64,000 nucleotides of DNA from Amoebophrya sp. A120 (GCA_905178155.1 CAJINV010000009.1:2147373-2211372), one strand, 5' to 3'; positions 36,806-48,948 are shown, counted from the first letter of the stretch. Numbers and translations are program-made. Notes: generated from the sequence alone by a model not told the origin.

Positions 36806-39800
36806 CTATCGCGGCGCACGCGGCGGAGGTGGGGGCGGGCGCAGCGCATCGAGCAAGTACTGCAGATCTTCCCGGTCCACCGCGTTCGACACAGGCGCGG
36901 TTGCAGCTGCGGGCTGTTCGTTAGATACCCCCGCTCCCCCCTTGGTGCCTCGTGCTGACTTTGGCAACTTTGGCGGTGGTGGCGGCATGACCTTTCGAGA
37001 AGCACCAGCGCCAGCCCCTTGGAGTTCACTAGAAGCCGTCGGCTGTTGTGCAAACACACTTTTCGGCAGTGGTGGTGGAGGGTCCGCTCGAGAAAGGGTT
37101 GCACTCTGCGCGGGCAACGCCATTGCCGACATGCCAGCTGCTTTGGAGAAAAGCGAAGCCGCAGGGCTCGGTAGAGGCGAAGAGCTAGCTGCTCGAGCTA
37201 ACACCACAGGAGGAGCAGGAGGGGGAGGCGGGGGCCGGTGTGATCGCTCTTCTTGCTCTTGAGCTTGTCGCACAGCAAGCGGAACAGTCAGCGCCAGCCG
37301 CGCGAGTTCGTCCTTCTTTTCGGCATCCATTTGCAAGAACATTGGGTCGACGTTCTGGCTTCCGCTATTTTGTTCGGTGTCCCCATTCTCCTGGTGTGCC
37401 TGCGCGGCGCGTGGTACCGTGCTACCTTCAACACTTTCTCGACGTTCTTGGGGTGGATCGTGGTTCTCATCTACTTCTACTGCAAAAGTCTGAGCAGCAG
37501 GCTCGTCATCTTCGAACTCCATCTTCATGCCACTAATCATATCACCCGGACCCGCGACTCGATCCACATTATTTCCATGCTCTTCAATGCCGGACGAGGG
37601 CCCCGCAACTACAGCATCGTCTGCGTCTGACGTGCTGTCGGGAAAGAGGTCAGAAATTTCTTGGAGCGACTCTGGGTGCGCGCGGTCCTTGCAAAGGTCC
37701 TCCACCAAGAGCGGAACGACAACACCGTGTGACGTTTTGCTGCTAAGGTTCAAAGTCCTAAGAAACGAGAAGCAAAGGAATTTCTGCAGCAACACAAATC
37801 GCATTTTCTGCCGGGCAGAATCGATGACAGGTGAGCAATGAACCTGCATAAGAGGGTCGGATTGCACATCCACAAGGGCTGCTCCGCTCCTAATACTCTT
37901 TTTCAACGAAGATTTTGTGCCCGTTACAACTTCTTGTTCGAATGCTGTGGCCAAGTCGAGAGACGAGAAAAGCTTTCGACAGTATATCGGTCGGTGCTCC
38001 AAGACGAAGTCCAGCAAAGGCGGTCCGTTGACGTATTCCACACGGTAGCGAAAGGAAAAGGGCGGAAAGGGAATGTTACTTGGATCGTATTCCGAGGGGT
38101 GCATTAGGTCAATCAAATCCCCTTCCTGCAAGGGAACCAAATGCGCCGACGGGGTCGCTTTTCCGATGGTAGTTTCCGCACCTGTTTTTTTCTGCTTCAC
38201 GAAATTTATCCACATACTCTGGCTCTTCGGGTCGAGTGCCACGTACGCCGAATCATTGCCAAACAGACACTGCTGCTGCGCGGCAGTGAGCGACGCCAGT
38301 GCCTTTTTGGTGCCGGATGCAGACGTCGACGTTGTGGTCACGTCCCAGATCCCCGAGCCCGTCGCCGTGCGGCTGAGCGCACGCTGCTGATCCCGCGCCC
38401 GCGCGGCCGCCAGCTTTGCCTTCTGAATCTGCTCCCGCTCCTTCGGCGGGAGCCAAGAAATCTCCTCATCTGTCATATTCTGCATCGCCAAAGACAGTTG
38501 ACCCGCACTCGTCGTCGACGTGGACTTCGCTTTATTCAACACCTCTCCGTTCGTAAGCGCGTGCTTCGCAATTTTCACCTTATACGCCTGATGTCGGTGG
38601 AGCAGCTGCGCCTGGCGTTCCACGAAATTCAACTTCTTAGCTGAGAGCGTAAATCCGCTTCGGGACACGTTCACGCAATCACCACGAAAGTGGCTTTTCT
38701 TCTGCGGGTCTGTTCTTCCCTCATCGCGAGCCCTTTTGTTGCTCTGCGAGTTACTGGCACGAGACACATTCACATTGTGGAGTTCCGAATTCACCATTTG
38801 CTCCTGAGCTGCACCACTTCCTAAGGCTGTCGGTGTCGCTGAGGTTGCGGGCAGCGCGCGGACCTTGATTTCTCGCACCACCTTCGCACGGTCCCACTGC
38901 TTCTCGAGTTGATCGGCGGTTGTGTCGATCAATTCAGCGTCGGTCTCAGGTGAGAAATTCAGGGCCTTCGCGGCGAATCTCCGAAAGAACTTCCGCCGCA
39001 GCTGTGCCGCCATGTTCAATTTGGTTGTAGTTGCTTGTGCGTGCTGTTGTACCTGCGGCAAAAAGTCGATGCGTCGCAGTCGCATCAGGACAGGATTCTG
39101 CTGGTACACCGTTGCGGCCTGAAGGACCTCGTCTGCCTTAACCAGGCTCAGGCGGAATTGGAATAGCGACTCCTCATAGTGTTCCTTGGAGCGCTGGTTC
39201 CCTGCGTACAAATTGTACGAGACCGGCTTGATGCTCGAATGATTTCTACTGCCCGTTGGTGTGCTACCGCCGATCGGCGCCTTCGGAACCGATAGGAGCT
39301 TGTCGCGACCCCGCGTCGCGATCACCGCGTGAGTCAGATCGCCCTGGTTTTTGAATCTAAGAAGCACGTACCGGCCCGCCAGCGCCACGTGGCACTTAGT
39401 CAACGGAAACCGCACAAACCCCTCGATCTGCGAAGTGGCGCGCAAGCGGGAACTGCTCTTGTTGTCATGGAAAACTTCAGGACCCCCTCCGCGGCCGATA
39501 ATTCCACCAGTGGGCTCCTGCAGAAAAACACCTGTACTGCGATGGTCAGAAAAGAATTCAGAGGCCAGGAACCGCAAACTCCGCGGGAGTTCGAGTAGCA
39601 GCGAGTCGCAACCACCCTGCTGAATCTGCGCTGCCACTCGACACAGTTCCGTTTCCTCTTTTCTCCGAACCAGCTCGACGTCGTGAGGAGACGCCTTCCC
39701 GACGTCTAGCAAAGAAGCTGCTCCTCTTTTCGTATCCAGGGCATTGTATTCACCTGATGCTGGCTGCTCCATGCTAATGGCAGCGGCGCTCGCGCTCTCC

Positions 39801-41830
39801 ACGGCTTTTATACTCCCATCCGTCGAAGCTATCGGCAAAGCATCGGGCGCTCGGGGAAAAACGGATGCAAAGGCGGAGGAGGAGGTGGAACTAGTCTGTT
39901 GTTCTCTACCGTGGAGCAGATCAGCAAAGGAAATCTTGCTTGGTGCACCGACAGTACGATCACTTAGTGCGCTCCCTCTTCCGGTGGTGTCGACAGCGGC
40001 GGCGACATTTCGGTTTCTTGCTGTGCTACTGCTACTCTTTTTGTTAATATCTGCGGCTGAAGATCCAGCAACTCGTCCTGCACGAGCCGCGCTGGCATCT
40101 TCAATCATCCTCGGTCTGCAATCCCGCCGCTTGTCGTTCCCCAACGTGAAACGGAATCGACCCTGGGTGGCCCCCTGCGACGTAAAAGCTGCTTGACTTT
40201 CTACTTTATCCATCTTCACCTGTGAAGTAGGTATACCTTCGCTTTCGTAGGCCGCCAGCCCGCCGCGCCAGCTTGCACCGACCACACGATACCTGCCGCG
40301 CAGAAACATCGCTCCGTGCGGGAATGCCTCGCGGAGAACGCGCCCAGCAAGCGCAGCGTCATCGGTGCAGTCCATTTTGTCAAAGTGCAGTGTGAATGTC
40401 AGCTGGCACCCGTCCCGCGTTTGCTTTTTCGACGGGTCCGAATTAGAGTTCGTAAAATTGAACATTTTGTCAATCTCCAAAGTGGAGTACACCGGAGTCA
40501 TGGTCGACGGTGCACTTGTCTTATGTCGCGCGCCGCCTCCAGAGGGCTCGCGTTGGTGTGCGGCTGCTCCTGCGAGTCCTAAAGCGCCACCAGCAGCTTC
40601 TCCTCCTTGTAGATGTAGTTGAAGATTGCTAGTTGACATCATCTGCGCTGAAGCGAGTTGCTCGCGCTCCTTGTGGTGAACCAACAGCACCATCTTCACC
40701 GTGTCAAGGAGATCTTTCTCCAGGGGTGAAAGCCATAGCTTCGCTGGTGACGACTCCTTCGTCTCTTTGCCGACACCGGACAAAGTCCGAGAGTACCACC
40801 CTTCCGAAAAAACGGCTTCCGCGTTTTTCCCCTTGAAAAATTTGTCGTACTCTAGCCCCTCCTTCCAGTCACTCCCGGCGCAGTTTTGGAGCTGAATGTG
40901 CAGAGTCGGAAAGCTCTTCACTTGGAGGCCGTTGACCCACAGGCTCGCTGACGACGTCGGGAAGGGCACCCGGAGTGGGCGCGGCTCCTCGACTTTCACC
41001 TCACCGGTTTTAGACACCACGTAGCTTTGTTCGAGGCCTAGTAGGTTGTTCTGTGATTTATTCACGCTCACGCTGTTGTTAGTCTCCTGCATGATGTCGG
41101 TTGCCATGCGCTTTTCGTACGCCCGGTACGCCTCATTTTTCCTACTTTCCCGTTCCGTGCGCCGCTCCCTTTGCGTGCTCTCGATGCCACGCGTGCTCAG
41201 CAGGCCATTTCGTTCTCGCTGCTGCTGCTTCTCGACAAGCTGTGCGGTCTCGAACCGAACCAGATTTCGTGCTTGCATGGTCTCTGCTGAGCGCCAAAAC
41301 CAGGCGTCGACGCCCTCGACATCCTGCTCCCCATTCTGTGCGCTCTTGGTCGGCGCTGCCGCAGTGTCGTGAACAAGGGATCTACAGCTACTCCTTGGCC
41401 TGTCCTCCGTTTTTCTTCGCGCGTAGTTTGGAATAGCATGACGCACAACATTCGCAAATACGCGGTCGGTGTATGAGGTGGTCGCAGTCTCTGCCTCCAG
41501 ACCATCTCTAACGCCGTGCTTCGTGCGTGCAGTACCGGGAAAATTTGTTGCGTTCCCATTGGTGTTCGTCGTAGCTTTTTTGGGCAGAGTCGCCACTTCG
41601 TCCGTCAGTAGTACAGATGAAGGAACAGTTTTTTTTCGCGGCGGCAGTGGTACCAAAGGCTTTTTCGGTCCGGTCTGTGAAGTCTGCCCGTCTCCACGGT
41701 TTGACCGGCTGCCAATTCTTGCTGCTGGGTTCAGATTCTTGAGGTTGCCCTGGTTGTCTTCACTGGACGAGTATGGTCCTCGGCGTGGGGTCGCTGTCGA
41801 GGATGCCGAGGCGCTGTTGTAGTGGTTCAT
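36806..41830 (-). CDS. 1674-aa hypothetical protein with proline-rich C-terminus
   Basis: Long ATG-initiated ORF with globular-looking blocks between low-complexity linkers and poly-Pro runs near the end. No confident family. Confidence 0.75.
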   Translation of the reverse strand: MNHYNSASASSTATPRRGPYSSSEDNQGNLKNLNPAARIGSRSNRGDGQTSQTGPKKPLVPLPPRKKTVPSSVLLTDEVATLPKKATTNTNGNATNFPGTARTKHGVRDGLEAETATTSYTDRVFANVVRHAIPNYARRKTEDRPRSSCRSLVHDTAAAPTKSAQNGEQDVEGVDAWFWRSAETMQARNLVRFETAQLVEKQQQRERNGLLSTRGIESTQRERRTERESRKNEAYRAYEKRMATDIMQETNNSVSVNKSQNNLLGLEQSYVVSKTGEVKVEEPRPLRVPFPTSSASLWVNGLQVKSFPTLHIQLQNCAGSDWKEGLEYDKFFKGKNAEAVFSEGWYSRTLSGVGKETKESSPAKLWLSPLEKDLLDTVKMVLLVHHKEREQLASAQMMSTSNLQLHLQGGEAAGGALGLAGAAAHQREPSGGGARHKTSAPSTMTPVYSTLEIDKMFNFTNSNSDPSKKQTRDGCQLTFTLHFDKMDCTDDAALAGRVLREAFPHGAMFLRGRYRVVGASWRGGLAAYESEGIPTSQVKMDKVESQAAFTSQGATQGRFRFTLGNDKRRDCRPRMIEDASAARAGRVAGSSAADINKKSSSSTARNRNVAAAVDTTGRGSALSDRTVGAPSKISFADLLHGREQQTSSTSSSAFASVFPRAPDALPIASTDGSIKAVESASAAAISMEQPASGEYNALDTKRGAASLLDVGKASPHDVELVRRKEETELCRVAAQIQQGGCDSLLLELPRSLRFLASEFFSDHRSTGVFLQEPTGGIIGRGGGPEVFHDNKSSSRLRATSQIEGFVRFPLTKCHVALAGRYVLLRFKNQGDLTHAVIATRGRDKLLSVPKAPIGGSTPTGSRNHSSIKPVSYNLYAGNQRSKEHYEESLFQFRLSLVKADEVLQAATVYQQNPVLMRLRRIDFLPQVQQHAQATTTKLNMAAQLRRKFFRRFAAKALNFSPETDAELIDTTADQLEKQWDRAKVVREIKVRALPATSATPTALGSGAAQEQMVNSELHNVNVSRASNSQSNKRARDEGRTDPQKKSHFRGDCVNVSRSGFTLSAKKLNFVERQAQLLHRHQAYKVKIAKHALTNGEVLNKAKSTSTTSAGQLSLAMQNMTDEEISWLPPKEREQIQKAKLAAARARDQQRALSRTATGSGIWDVTTTSTSASGTKKALASLTAAQQQCLFGNDSAYVALDPKSQSMWINFVKQKKTGAETTIGKATPSAHLVPLQEGDLIDLMHPSEYDPSNIPFPPFSFRYRVEYVNGPPLLDFVLEHRPIYCRKLFSSLDLATAFEQEVVTGTKSSLKKSIRSGAALVDVQSDPLMQVHCSPVIDSARQKMRFVLLQKFLCFSFLRTLNLSSKTSHGVVVPLLVEDLCKDRAHPESLQEISDLFPDSTSDADDAVVAGPSSGIEEHGNNVDRVAGPGDMISGMKMEFEDDEPAAQTFAVEVDENHDPPQERRESVEGSTVPRAAQAHQENGDTEQNSGSQNVDPMFLQMDAEKKDELARLALTVPLAVRQAQEQEERSHRPPPPPPAPPVVLARAASSSPLPSPAASLFSKAAGMSAMALPAQSATLSRADPPPPLPKSVFAQQPTASSELQGAGAGASRKVMPPPPPKLPKSARGTKGGAGVSNEQPAAATAPVSNAVDREDLQYLLDALRPPPPPPRAPR

Positions 41831-42692
41831 GCTATTTGTCTTTCTCGGCGTGTGAAGTACTTTAGTACCTTCACCGACCTTGCTTCTTCAGAATGTTTTC
41901 TTGGAAAGTAGAGAAACTAGTCGCACCAAGACGCGAAACACCAACGTGAATGTGAACGCCAGCTATTAAGGCTACAGAAGATGGATAAAACTTGATCTTT
42001 GTCTTCAAAGAGGTAAACCTCCACTGTATTCTAAATATTTCTGATGCGGGCGGCTGCGGCAGACAAGGCCATGCCCAGCACTTTCGATAAGAAATTTTTT
42101 TGTCGCTGAGAGTTGTACGAAACAGTACACAATCATGAACAACAACGAGAATGAAGCAGCAGGAAGAAAAAATAGACACAACTTTCTCCTTTCTCTTTCA
42201 ATCTAATCATAAATTGCTGGTTGATGGGTACAAAGTGACTCCGGAAAGATAATCTATGCGTATGCCACGAAAGAAGCGCGCCAGGAATTTTGACAATGAA
42301 CGGTAGACAGATCGTGATCGACGTCTTGATCAAGTTCTGTATCTGCGTACTAGATGTAGATCATCGAACACTATACTATATACAGAAAGTCTAAGCGAGC
42401 TGAGCGCGGGCCCGTCGCGGATGCGTTGTATGCGAGAAGAAGCAAAGAGCATGCTGCGTAGAGTGCCTTTGAGCCTCCTTGTGGCGCAAGAAGGAAAAGT
42501 ACTTCTACAACATGATTGAACATTTTTAAAAAATACTTAATCTCTTTTTTTGGGTGAAAGAGATCTCCCTTCTTCGACCCTCTTTACGCTAGGAGCTCCC
42601 TGGACTAGAACCTCCAATGCAGTAAACTGAAGCGGTGGCGGTCTTGTTCGCCACCACTGCATCTACGTAAACCTATTATACAACATAGTTCG

Positions 42693-44909
42693 CTACTCCA
42701 CAGCTCGATCGGAAGTATTCGCCTTACTCGGCTTTGCGCAGAATATGTGGTTCCAGTGGTCACCCACGAACAATAAGATCTCCAACGCGATCAGGTAGAT
42801 GATGAGGCACTCGAGTTGCGAGCTGTGCCCGTGCCGTACGTGTTCGTTGTGGGTCCGCGACAGCCCCACCATGTAGTCGAGCTCGTGTCGCAGCTTGTTG
42901 ATGCGGCTCGGTAGGTCGAAGGTTTGTTGACACACGTCCTCGTAGATCTTCTCCGCCTCCCCGCTCTCCCAGAGAAGATCCACGACGTCCGCGTTTTCCC
43001 GCAACGGGTGCAGCTTGGCGTACAGCAGCCGCTGGCAACTCACTTCCAGGTTGAAGATCCGTTTTTGCAGCGAAGAGATTCGCTTGACGAAAATCACGTA
43101 GTCCAGCGTTTTCTGCAGCTCGGTGCGGAACTTGGTCAGTTCCGAATCCACCAGCTCCAAAAACTCCTTCAGCAGCTGCTCCTCCACGTTTACGCGCACG
43201 GCAAAATCCATCGCCAAACTGGTCGCAAGGCACAGGGTTGGGAGGTTGCTCGCATCCCTCTGTAGCCGGATGTGCGAGTCATGCAGATGGAAGCTGCTCT
43301 TCATATTGGAGGCGCTGTAGGAATTCCCGTGCAGACGCAGGGTAGAGGAAGAAAAAGCGCCTGGCGCCGCGGTGCCAAAAGCAGCACTGCCAGCCTTGAT
43401 ATTACCGAGGTGATCTTTACTTTGTTCAAGAACATCTCGCTTCTTCTGATTCATATCTGTGTGTTTTTCACCCGAAGTACAGCCGGTCTTTGAGGTTGTA
43501 CTTGTAGCAAGAGATGATCCCCCTGCACCTGGACCTGGCACCGTGGAAAATGACAGTGACTCGCTCCATTCGATCTGTTGCTCGTAGTCCAGCTTCACGT
43601 TGCTCACAATGGTTTGATTCGCCTTCGCGAGCAGCGAGTTCTCGCTTTTCTTCGTAGGCAGCCAGGACAGGAGTTTCCGAACGCCCTCGCTGTGCTTACG
43701 CTCGTGTGTTTTCTTGTTGCCAGTGGCCGAGGAAATAGCGCTCGTGCTAGAGTTGGTCGCGTTCGTCCGCAGTGCTGACCAAGAAGCCGTGTAGTTTCTC
43801 GTCGATGAAGATCCCGGTGTCATGATGTGACCAGGACCTTCCCCAAAACCAGCGCTCACTGTTTGTTCAAACGCATTGCTATGTCCCGTAGTCTCGCAAA
43901 AGAGGTGATCCCGACCTACTTCGATCAGATGCTTCACGGCGTCGAAATTGTTCGTGGCCTGCTCGTCTTGTACTTGCGCACCTCCTCCGGTCGTGGTTTG
44001 GGCTATTGTTGTTGGTGGCGCCCAGATAACTACTCCCCCAGTACGTAGAAAGTAGGCCCAGTACGTTCCATTTCCTCCGGCAGAATGTAGCGACAACCAT
44101 AGGTATTGGGAACTACTGCGTTTCCGCAACTGTCCGAGAAAGCTGTTTTGCACCGTGAAGACCGGGTCATTGCCAGCAGCGAAGTGGTCCAGTATCCCGT
44201 TCAGATTCAATGCGTTGCTGTCTGCACCGGACGTCTTCCCTCCGTGGTAGATGAATGCCTTCGCGAGACCAACTGCCGGGGCCGCACCTGCGCTCTCCTG
44301 TTCGTCGAAAAGACCTCCTGCGGTAGGAAAAGTAAACGCCGGAGGAGACGTAGTTGAGCTGCCCGTGCCCTCAGCACCACATGATGATGTCGTACCCGTA
44401 CGGTGTTCGCCACACAACGCTGCACCTTGGAAATAAACGCCAGGAGGTGGAGCACCGGGCTCGGCAGGATAAGATCCAGATGCCGGCGCACTGGTCGTGG
44501 TGACGTGGCGATTAACTTTAAGCCTGGGGGTAGAGGACGAGGAAGAGGAAGACGTAGCAGTACTGTTGGCACTTGAAATTGTACGACAAGTATCGGCAGT
44601 ATTCGCCATGCATCGTGGGAAGCAGGCTCCTGGGCCGCGTCCAGGCAACGCAGTATGTGAAGACCGAATAGCCGAATGAAATTCTCGTGCGGGTGAAATC
44701 TTAGATGCTCCTAGTGTTGGACCCCCACTGCAAAAGTTTATTTGCGTCGTGTGGTGATAGGATGCCTTGACGACGCGCTCGCTACTTCTCAGCATGAGAT
44801 CAGCCCCGTGACAACCGGGATTACATTGCCGCCGGCCCCCGAATATGCGCGGACGCGGAGCGACTCGCACCGTCGGCATGGACATGGTAGTCTTCATCAT
44901 GCGCATCAT
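42693..44909 (-). CDS. RMND1/Rmd1/Sif2 (DUF155) family protein
   Basis: YFLRTGGVVIW, then DLLWES...IYEDV...FDLPSRINKL...HGHSSQLECLIIYLIALEILL, matching the DUF155 core and terminal hydrophobic helix. The Arg-rich N-terminus could be a mitochondrial presequence. Confidence 0.8.
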   Translation of the reverse strand: MMRMMKTTMSMPTVRVAPRPRIFGGRRQCNPGCHGADLMLRSSERVVKASYHHTTQINFCSGGPTLGASKISPAREFHSAIRSSHTALPGRGPGACFPRCMANTADTCRTISSANSTATSSSSSSSTPRLKVNRHVTTTSAPASGSYPAEPGAPPPGVYFQGAALCGEHRTGTTSSCGAEGTGSSTTSPPAFTFPTAGGLFDEQESAGAAPAVGLAKAFIYHGGKTSGADSNALNLNGILDHFAAGNDPVFTVQNSFLGQLRKRSSSQYLWLSLHSAGGNGTYWAYFLRTGGVVIWAPPTTIAQTTTGGGAQVQDEQATNNFDAVKHLIEVGRDHLFCETTGHSNAFEQTVSAGFGEGPGHIMTPGSSSTRNYTASWSALRTNATNSSTSAISSATGNKKTHERKHSEGVRKLLSWLPTKKSENSLLAKANQTIVSNVKLDYEQQIEWSESLSFSTVPGPGAGGSSLATSTTSKTGCTSGEKHTDMNQKKRDVLEQSKDHLGNIKAGSAAFGTAAPGAFSSSTLRLHGNSYSASNMKSSFHLHDSHIRLQRDASNLPTLCLATSLAMDFAVRVNVEEQLLKEFLELVDSELTKFRTELQKTLDYVIFVKRISSLQKRIFNLEVSCQRLLYAKLHPLRENADVVDLLWESGEAEKIYEDVCQQTFDLPSRINKLRHELDYMVGLSRTHNEHVRHGHSSQLECLIIYLIALEILLFVGDHWNHIFCAKPSKANTSDRAVE

Positions 44910-46361
44910 CTATTAATCCATGATCGACATCTTCATTACGAAGTATACAGCTTGCCACTTCCACCTGCGCGCGAATATCAAGGCGGGCCAATATCGATAT
45001 GCTCCTCCTTCGTTAATACCACAAACTTATAGTGTGTAGTGCTCACTACGTGATCTTTCGTCAGCAATGTGAAGGCTTTCAACTACGTCTACGTCCGCTG
45101 TGCGATGAAGCACAGCCGGACGGGTATACATGCTTTGAGTTGTACAGTCTCCGACTAACACTCATTCATCGGAGGCGACATTCTTTTTTCTGCAACAACT
45201 ACGACCAAATCAACAAGGGAAACTGATTTGCACAGTCTAAAACCAGAATCAGAAACCAGAAGGACAAGTCGTCACACGATCCTCGCAGTAGAGCAAACCA
45301 GGCTCCAGTCTGCTGGTGCTGCATCAACGGCGAGACCAAAAGGTTTTTACTAGATTGAGATTCGCTGAAGACCTGGAGAACGTGAACGACAGAGCAGACA
45401 AACACGAACTTGTTGAATAGATGGTAGTACGTCTACGTTTAGTCTGTCGCCATAGTTCAACACCATCCTCCGCCGCATGATGAACTGCCAAGGCACGATG
45501 TAGGTATTCGTATTGAATATGAAGTTCAAATTCATTACAAACCGTAACCGCCACGACGATCACGACGCCCCGTTCGTCTTCGACATCACTTCTCGTATTT
45601 AGAATCCTTCCGCAACATGAAAATGATCTATCACCGAATATCAAAACGCTGCTGGTACCCGAGGATGATCCACACACTATTGAGCAATCGCACAAATGGA
45701 ACTGACGATGCGTCGTTGCAACAGCTGAGATCTCCTCTTTGATCTTGAACCTCAAGGAGCACAGCCTCACTCCGTGAACAAAGTCTTGATCATCAGCACA
45801 AAAATGTCGTGTTTTCATGCCGTTGCATTTTCTTTTTGTTTATGTTTATTATATCCCTTCGCTGTTTTCCCAAAAGAAACTATAGTATCAAATTCCCGAA
45901 CAAAAAAGTGAGAGCTGTGACTTTGCGAACCGTTTACATGAACATGTGTAATAGAGTAAACCTCTGCCTCATCGGTCTTCCTGGACTAAAAATCCTTGTA
46001 AATATTTATGCAATAATCAGATAATTTTTTTTCAAAACGAAATAAGTACAAAAATTGTTGTATGTTGGACGAAAGTGAAAGAGGGCAAAATTAGCGGTAG
46101 AAAAAAATAATTACTATATAGCTGCAGCTGCTTCAAGGACGAAAAAACTGAAGAAGAGGGTGATCATGTGAGATGTTTAAATTTTTGAATTTCACTGACG
46201 CAACCCTTTGCTGAATGGGAATGTCCCCCGCAAGAAGTCGGAGGCCGTAGTTGTACGGCGGGTACGTCGAAGCCGACACTGACGCTCTCCTCTTTCTTCT
46301 TATCTTCATCGTGCGTCTATTGTTTCGTGATGATGATCGCTCGTGATCTGATCATTTAGAT

Positions 46362-47636
46362 TTACATGATCATCTGATTCGGATTCCACGTATTCTGGTT
46401 TGAATCGACCGCATTGTGGCACTTGTTCCAAGTTTCCTCCGGACGCGCGGTTAGGTCGGTCACGAAAGCGTTACACTGGCACCCGTTCCAAAGCGCTCCC
46501 CCAATCGCGCATTCCGGCGTGTTGACGTTGTTCGGATCATGGCAATTGTTCACTTTCTCGTGGCAGGTCTGCCAGTCCCACGCCCCGCTGCCTTGTGGTA
46601 CCGGTGCCGGTGCAGCAATCGGCGCCACTGCCGGTGCGGCCGCCTGCGGAACCGGCGCAGCCACGGGCGAAGGAGCTGCTGGTGCAGCCAGCGGAGCCGG
46701 TTGGTAGTTCGTCGGTGCACCCGGAGGGGCAGCGGCCGTAATCCCAACGGGTTGCACCGTGTCCCAATCGTGCTCGTGCAGGTCGACACTAGTGTGGCAC
46801 TGGTTCCAGGCCTCCTCCGCCGGCCCCACCGCTTCCGGAGAAGGCACGAAGGTGGTGCACTTACACCCATTCCAGAGTGGTCCCCTGAGCATGCATGGCG
46901 CAGTGTTGACTCTGCTGCTTTCATGACACTTGTTCACTGGGTCGTGGCATTGGGCCCAAGGCAAGGTGCTTTGTGGTGCAGCTGCCGGGGCCGGTTGTAG
47001 TGCCGGTGCAGGGAACGGAACAGGTGCCACTGGGGCGCGGGCCACAGCCGGTCCAGCCGGTGCCGGTGGGCCAATTGGTGCGGCTGGAGCGATCGGTGTT
47101 GTTGTTGTAGCTGTGCTTGGCTGCCGCAGTGGCGACGACCCCTCGCCATCCTCTTCGTACTCCCCCTCGCCATCCTCTTCGTACTCCCCCCCGCCGTCCT
47201 CCTCGTCGTCCTCCTCGTCCTCGTCGTCGTCGTCCTCCTCGTCGTCGTCGCGCTTTTTCCCGACCTTGTTCTTCTCCTTGTCCATGTCCAGCTGCACTTG
47301 TAATACAGTGCTTCCACCAGCACGATCATTTTGATCTTCCGGCACATCTTCAACCGAGGACTGCTCATTCTTTACGACGACCGCACGATCTTGCTGCAGC
47401 AGCTCCTGTTGAAGATGCTGTCCCCCACCGGGGCGATTGTTCCCGGCACGCGACGCAGGTTCTCCTGAAGAGAGATCAATACGCAGCTTCGCGACCCGAA
47501 CGGCACCGCCACGGTACAGGTGCTGCTTCTCGTGCGCTGCAATTCGGGAAGCTTGCAGCAGAAGCAGCTGCGTCTCCGAAGAAACCGTGGCGAGCGCAAA
47601 TACGGCGCAGCTCTTCATCTTCGTGATGTGCGGCAT
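46362..47636 (-). CDS. Putative secreted protein with an acidic tract, Pro/Ala linkers and two copies of a 6-Cys/Trp domain
   Basis: Signal-like MKSCAVFALATVSS, a D/E tract with GEYEEDG twice, and two modules W-x2-CH-x2-VN-x-CH...VNT-x2-C...LWNGC-x-C-x2-FV...EE-x-WN-x-CH-x2-VD. Confidence 0.8.
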   Translation of the reverse strand: MPHITKMKSCAVFALATVSSETQLLLLQASRIAAHEKQHLYRGGAVRVAKLRIDLSSGEPASRAGNNRPGGGQHLQQELLQQDRAVVVKNEQSSVEDVPEDQNDRAGGSTVLQVQLDMDKEKNKVGKKRDDDEEDDDDEDEEDDEEDGGGEYEEDGEGEYEEDGEGSSPLRQPSTATTTTPIAPAAPIGPPAPAGPAVARAPVAPVPFPAPALQPAPAAAPQSTLPWAQCHDPVNKCHESSRVNTAPCMLRGPLWNGCKCTTFVPSPEAVGPAEEAWNQCHTSVDLHEHDWDTVQPVGITAAAPPGAPTNYQPAPLAAPAAPSPVAAPVPQAAAPAVAPIAAPAPVPQGSGAWDWQTCHEKVNNCHDPNNVNTPECAIGGALWNGCQCNAFVTDLTARPEETWNKCHNAVDSNQNTWNPNQMIM

Positions 47637-48948
47637 GCTTTTTGTCAGGACCAGGAAGGTGTGTGAGAGGATAGAAATGTTTTTTTTTCTAAGTGAACAA
47701 AGAAAGTGCAGCTCGTCCTGTTGATTGGATTATTTCAAACACTGGTGGCACACTACTTCAAGGAAAATGGCTTCCCATCGCGCACGACGAAGTTTGACCT
47801 GCTTGACCGCGTTCAGAATACCGCTTATTTAGTACGAAGTAGACGACGACTACGACGACGACCCTTGTAAAAATCGACGTTCTTTCATTTTTCCGGTTCA
47901 AGTTCTCGTTCTGAAATGACGGTCTCGTATTTTATTTTCGACCAAGAAGGCAAAACGACACGACACCAAACTACGGCGGCGAGGTACTTTGATATTACGC
48001 CTCGAAAGTACTCTACCTAGGTGCGTAACTTCTGTCTTTGTAGTTTACGAAGGGCGACGAAGTACAGTTTCCGATCCGACGACACGAGTACCAGAGGTTC
48101 TACTATTTCAAGGTGCTCTGGCCGCGACTAAAGAGGAAATCAAACTGCAGATCATTGAGGACGAAGATCAACCACGTAGCAACAACTGGTTCTTGATGTT
48201 TGAGAGTCCTACAAAAGATGAGAACGAATGCAATGACTCTGCACAGGGGCGGCCACGAAGACGGAGATCGATGCGAAATGTCTCCCACACCCGCGGTTTT
48301 TTTTTCGTGGTCTTATCTACTTTTAGTGTAGCACAATGGTTATCGTTTATACAACTGTGTGTGTCATTCGAGATTCAGCCAATATCTGCTTCATCATATT
48401 GTACATTTTCATACAAGAGATAACCATGATGACGCGACTACAAGAGCTGCGAAGAGAAGCAAATAACATACCAAAAATTTTCTACAGGTGAAAGAACAAA
48501 TGTTGCCGTGGTGACTATTGTGAGTATTGTTGACCTTTTTTCCCGTGAACAAAAAAGCGATAATAGGTATATCAAAACTGATCAGATCCTGGACGTCCTA
48601 GGAGAAAGGATGTTGACCTAGGACAAGGATTGAAGATGGTGTAATTGATGGCTAAACTTCAACTTGTTCATTCTTACGCGCACAAGAGTTGATGTTGAAA
48701 CGGTAACATTAGAAAGAGAGCTGATGTTTGTAATCGATAAAAACGCAACAAAAAGCGGTTTCTTCCGCGCTAATAACTTCCCAGCTTTTTGCGACGATGA
48801 ACAGAATGTTGATTGATGTACCACTATTGGGTGAGGATCGAAGCTGAGTGATGTATAAAAAACTGCACCGGGACGAAGACATCAAACAGCTCTAAACATA
48901 AAAGCAAAAACAACTGCCCAAAAACCGAGCCTAAGCCTGCTTTTGATT

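Noticed and set aside
36806-38700. FHA-like segment and WH2-like C-terminal motif in the 1674-aa protein
   Set aside because: Key residues (FHA G-R and S-x-x-H; WH2 LKK) are missing, so the resemblance is too weak.
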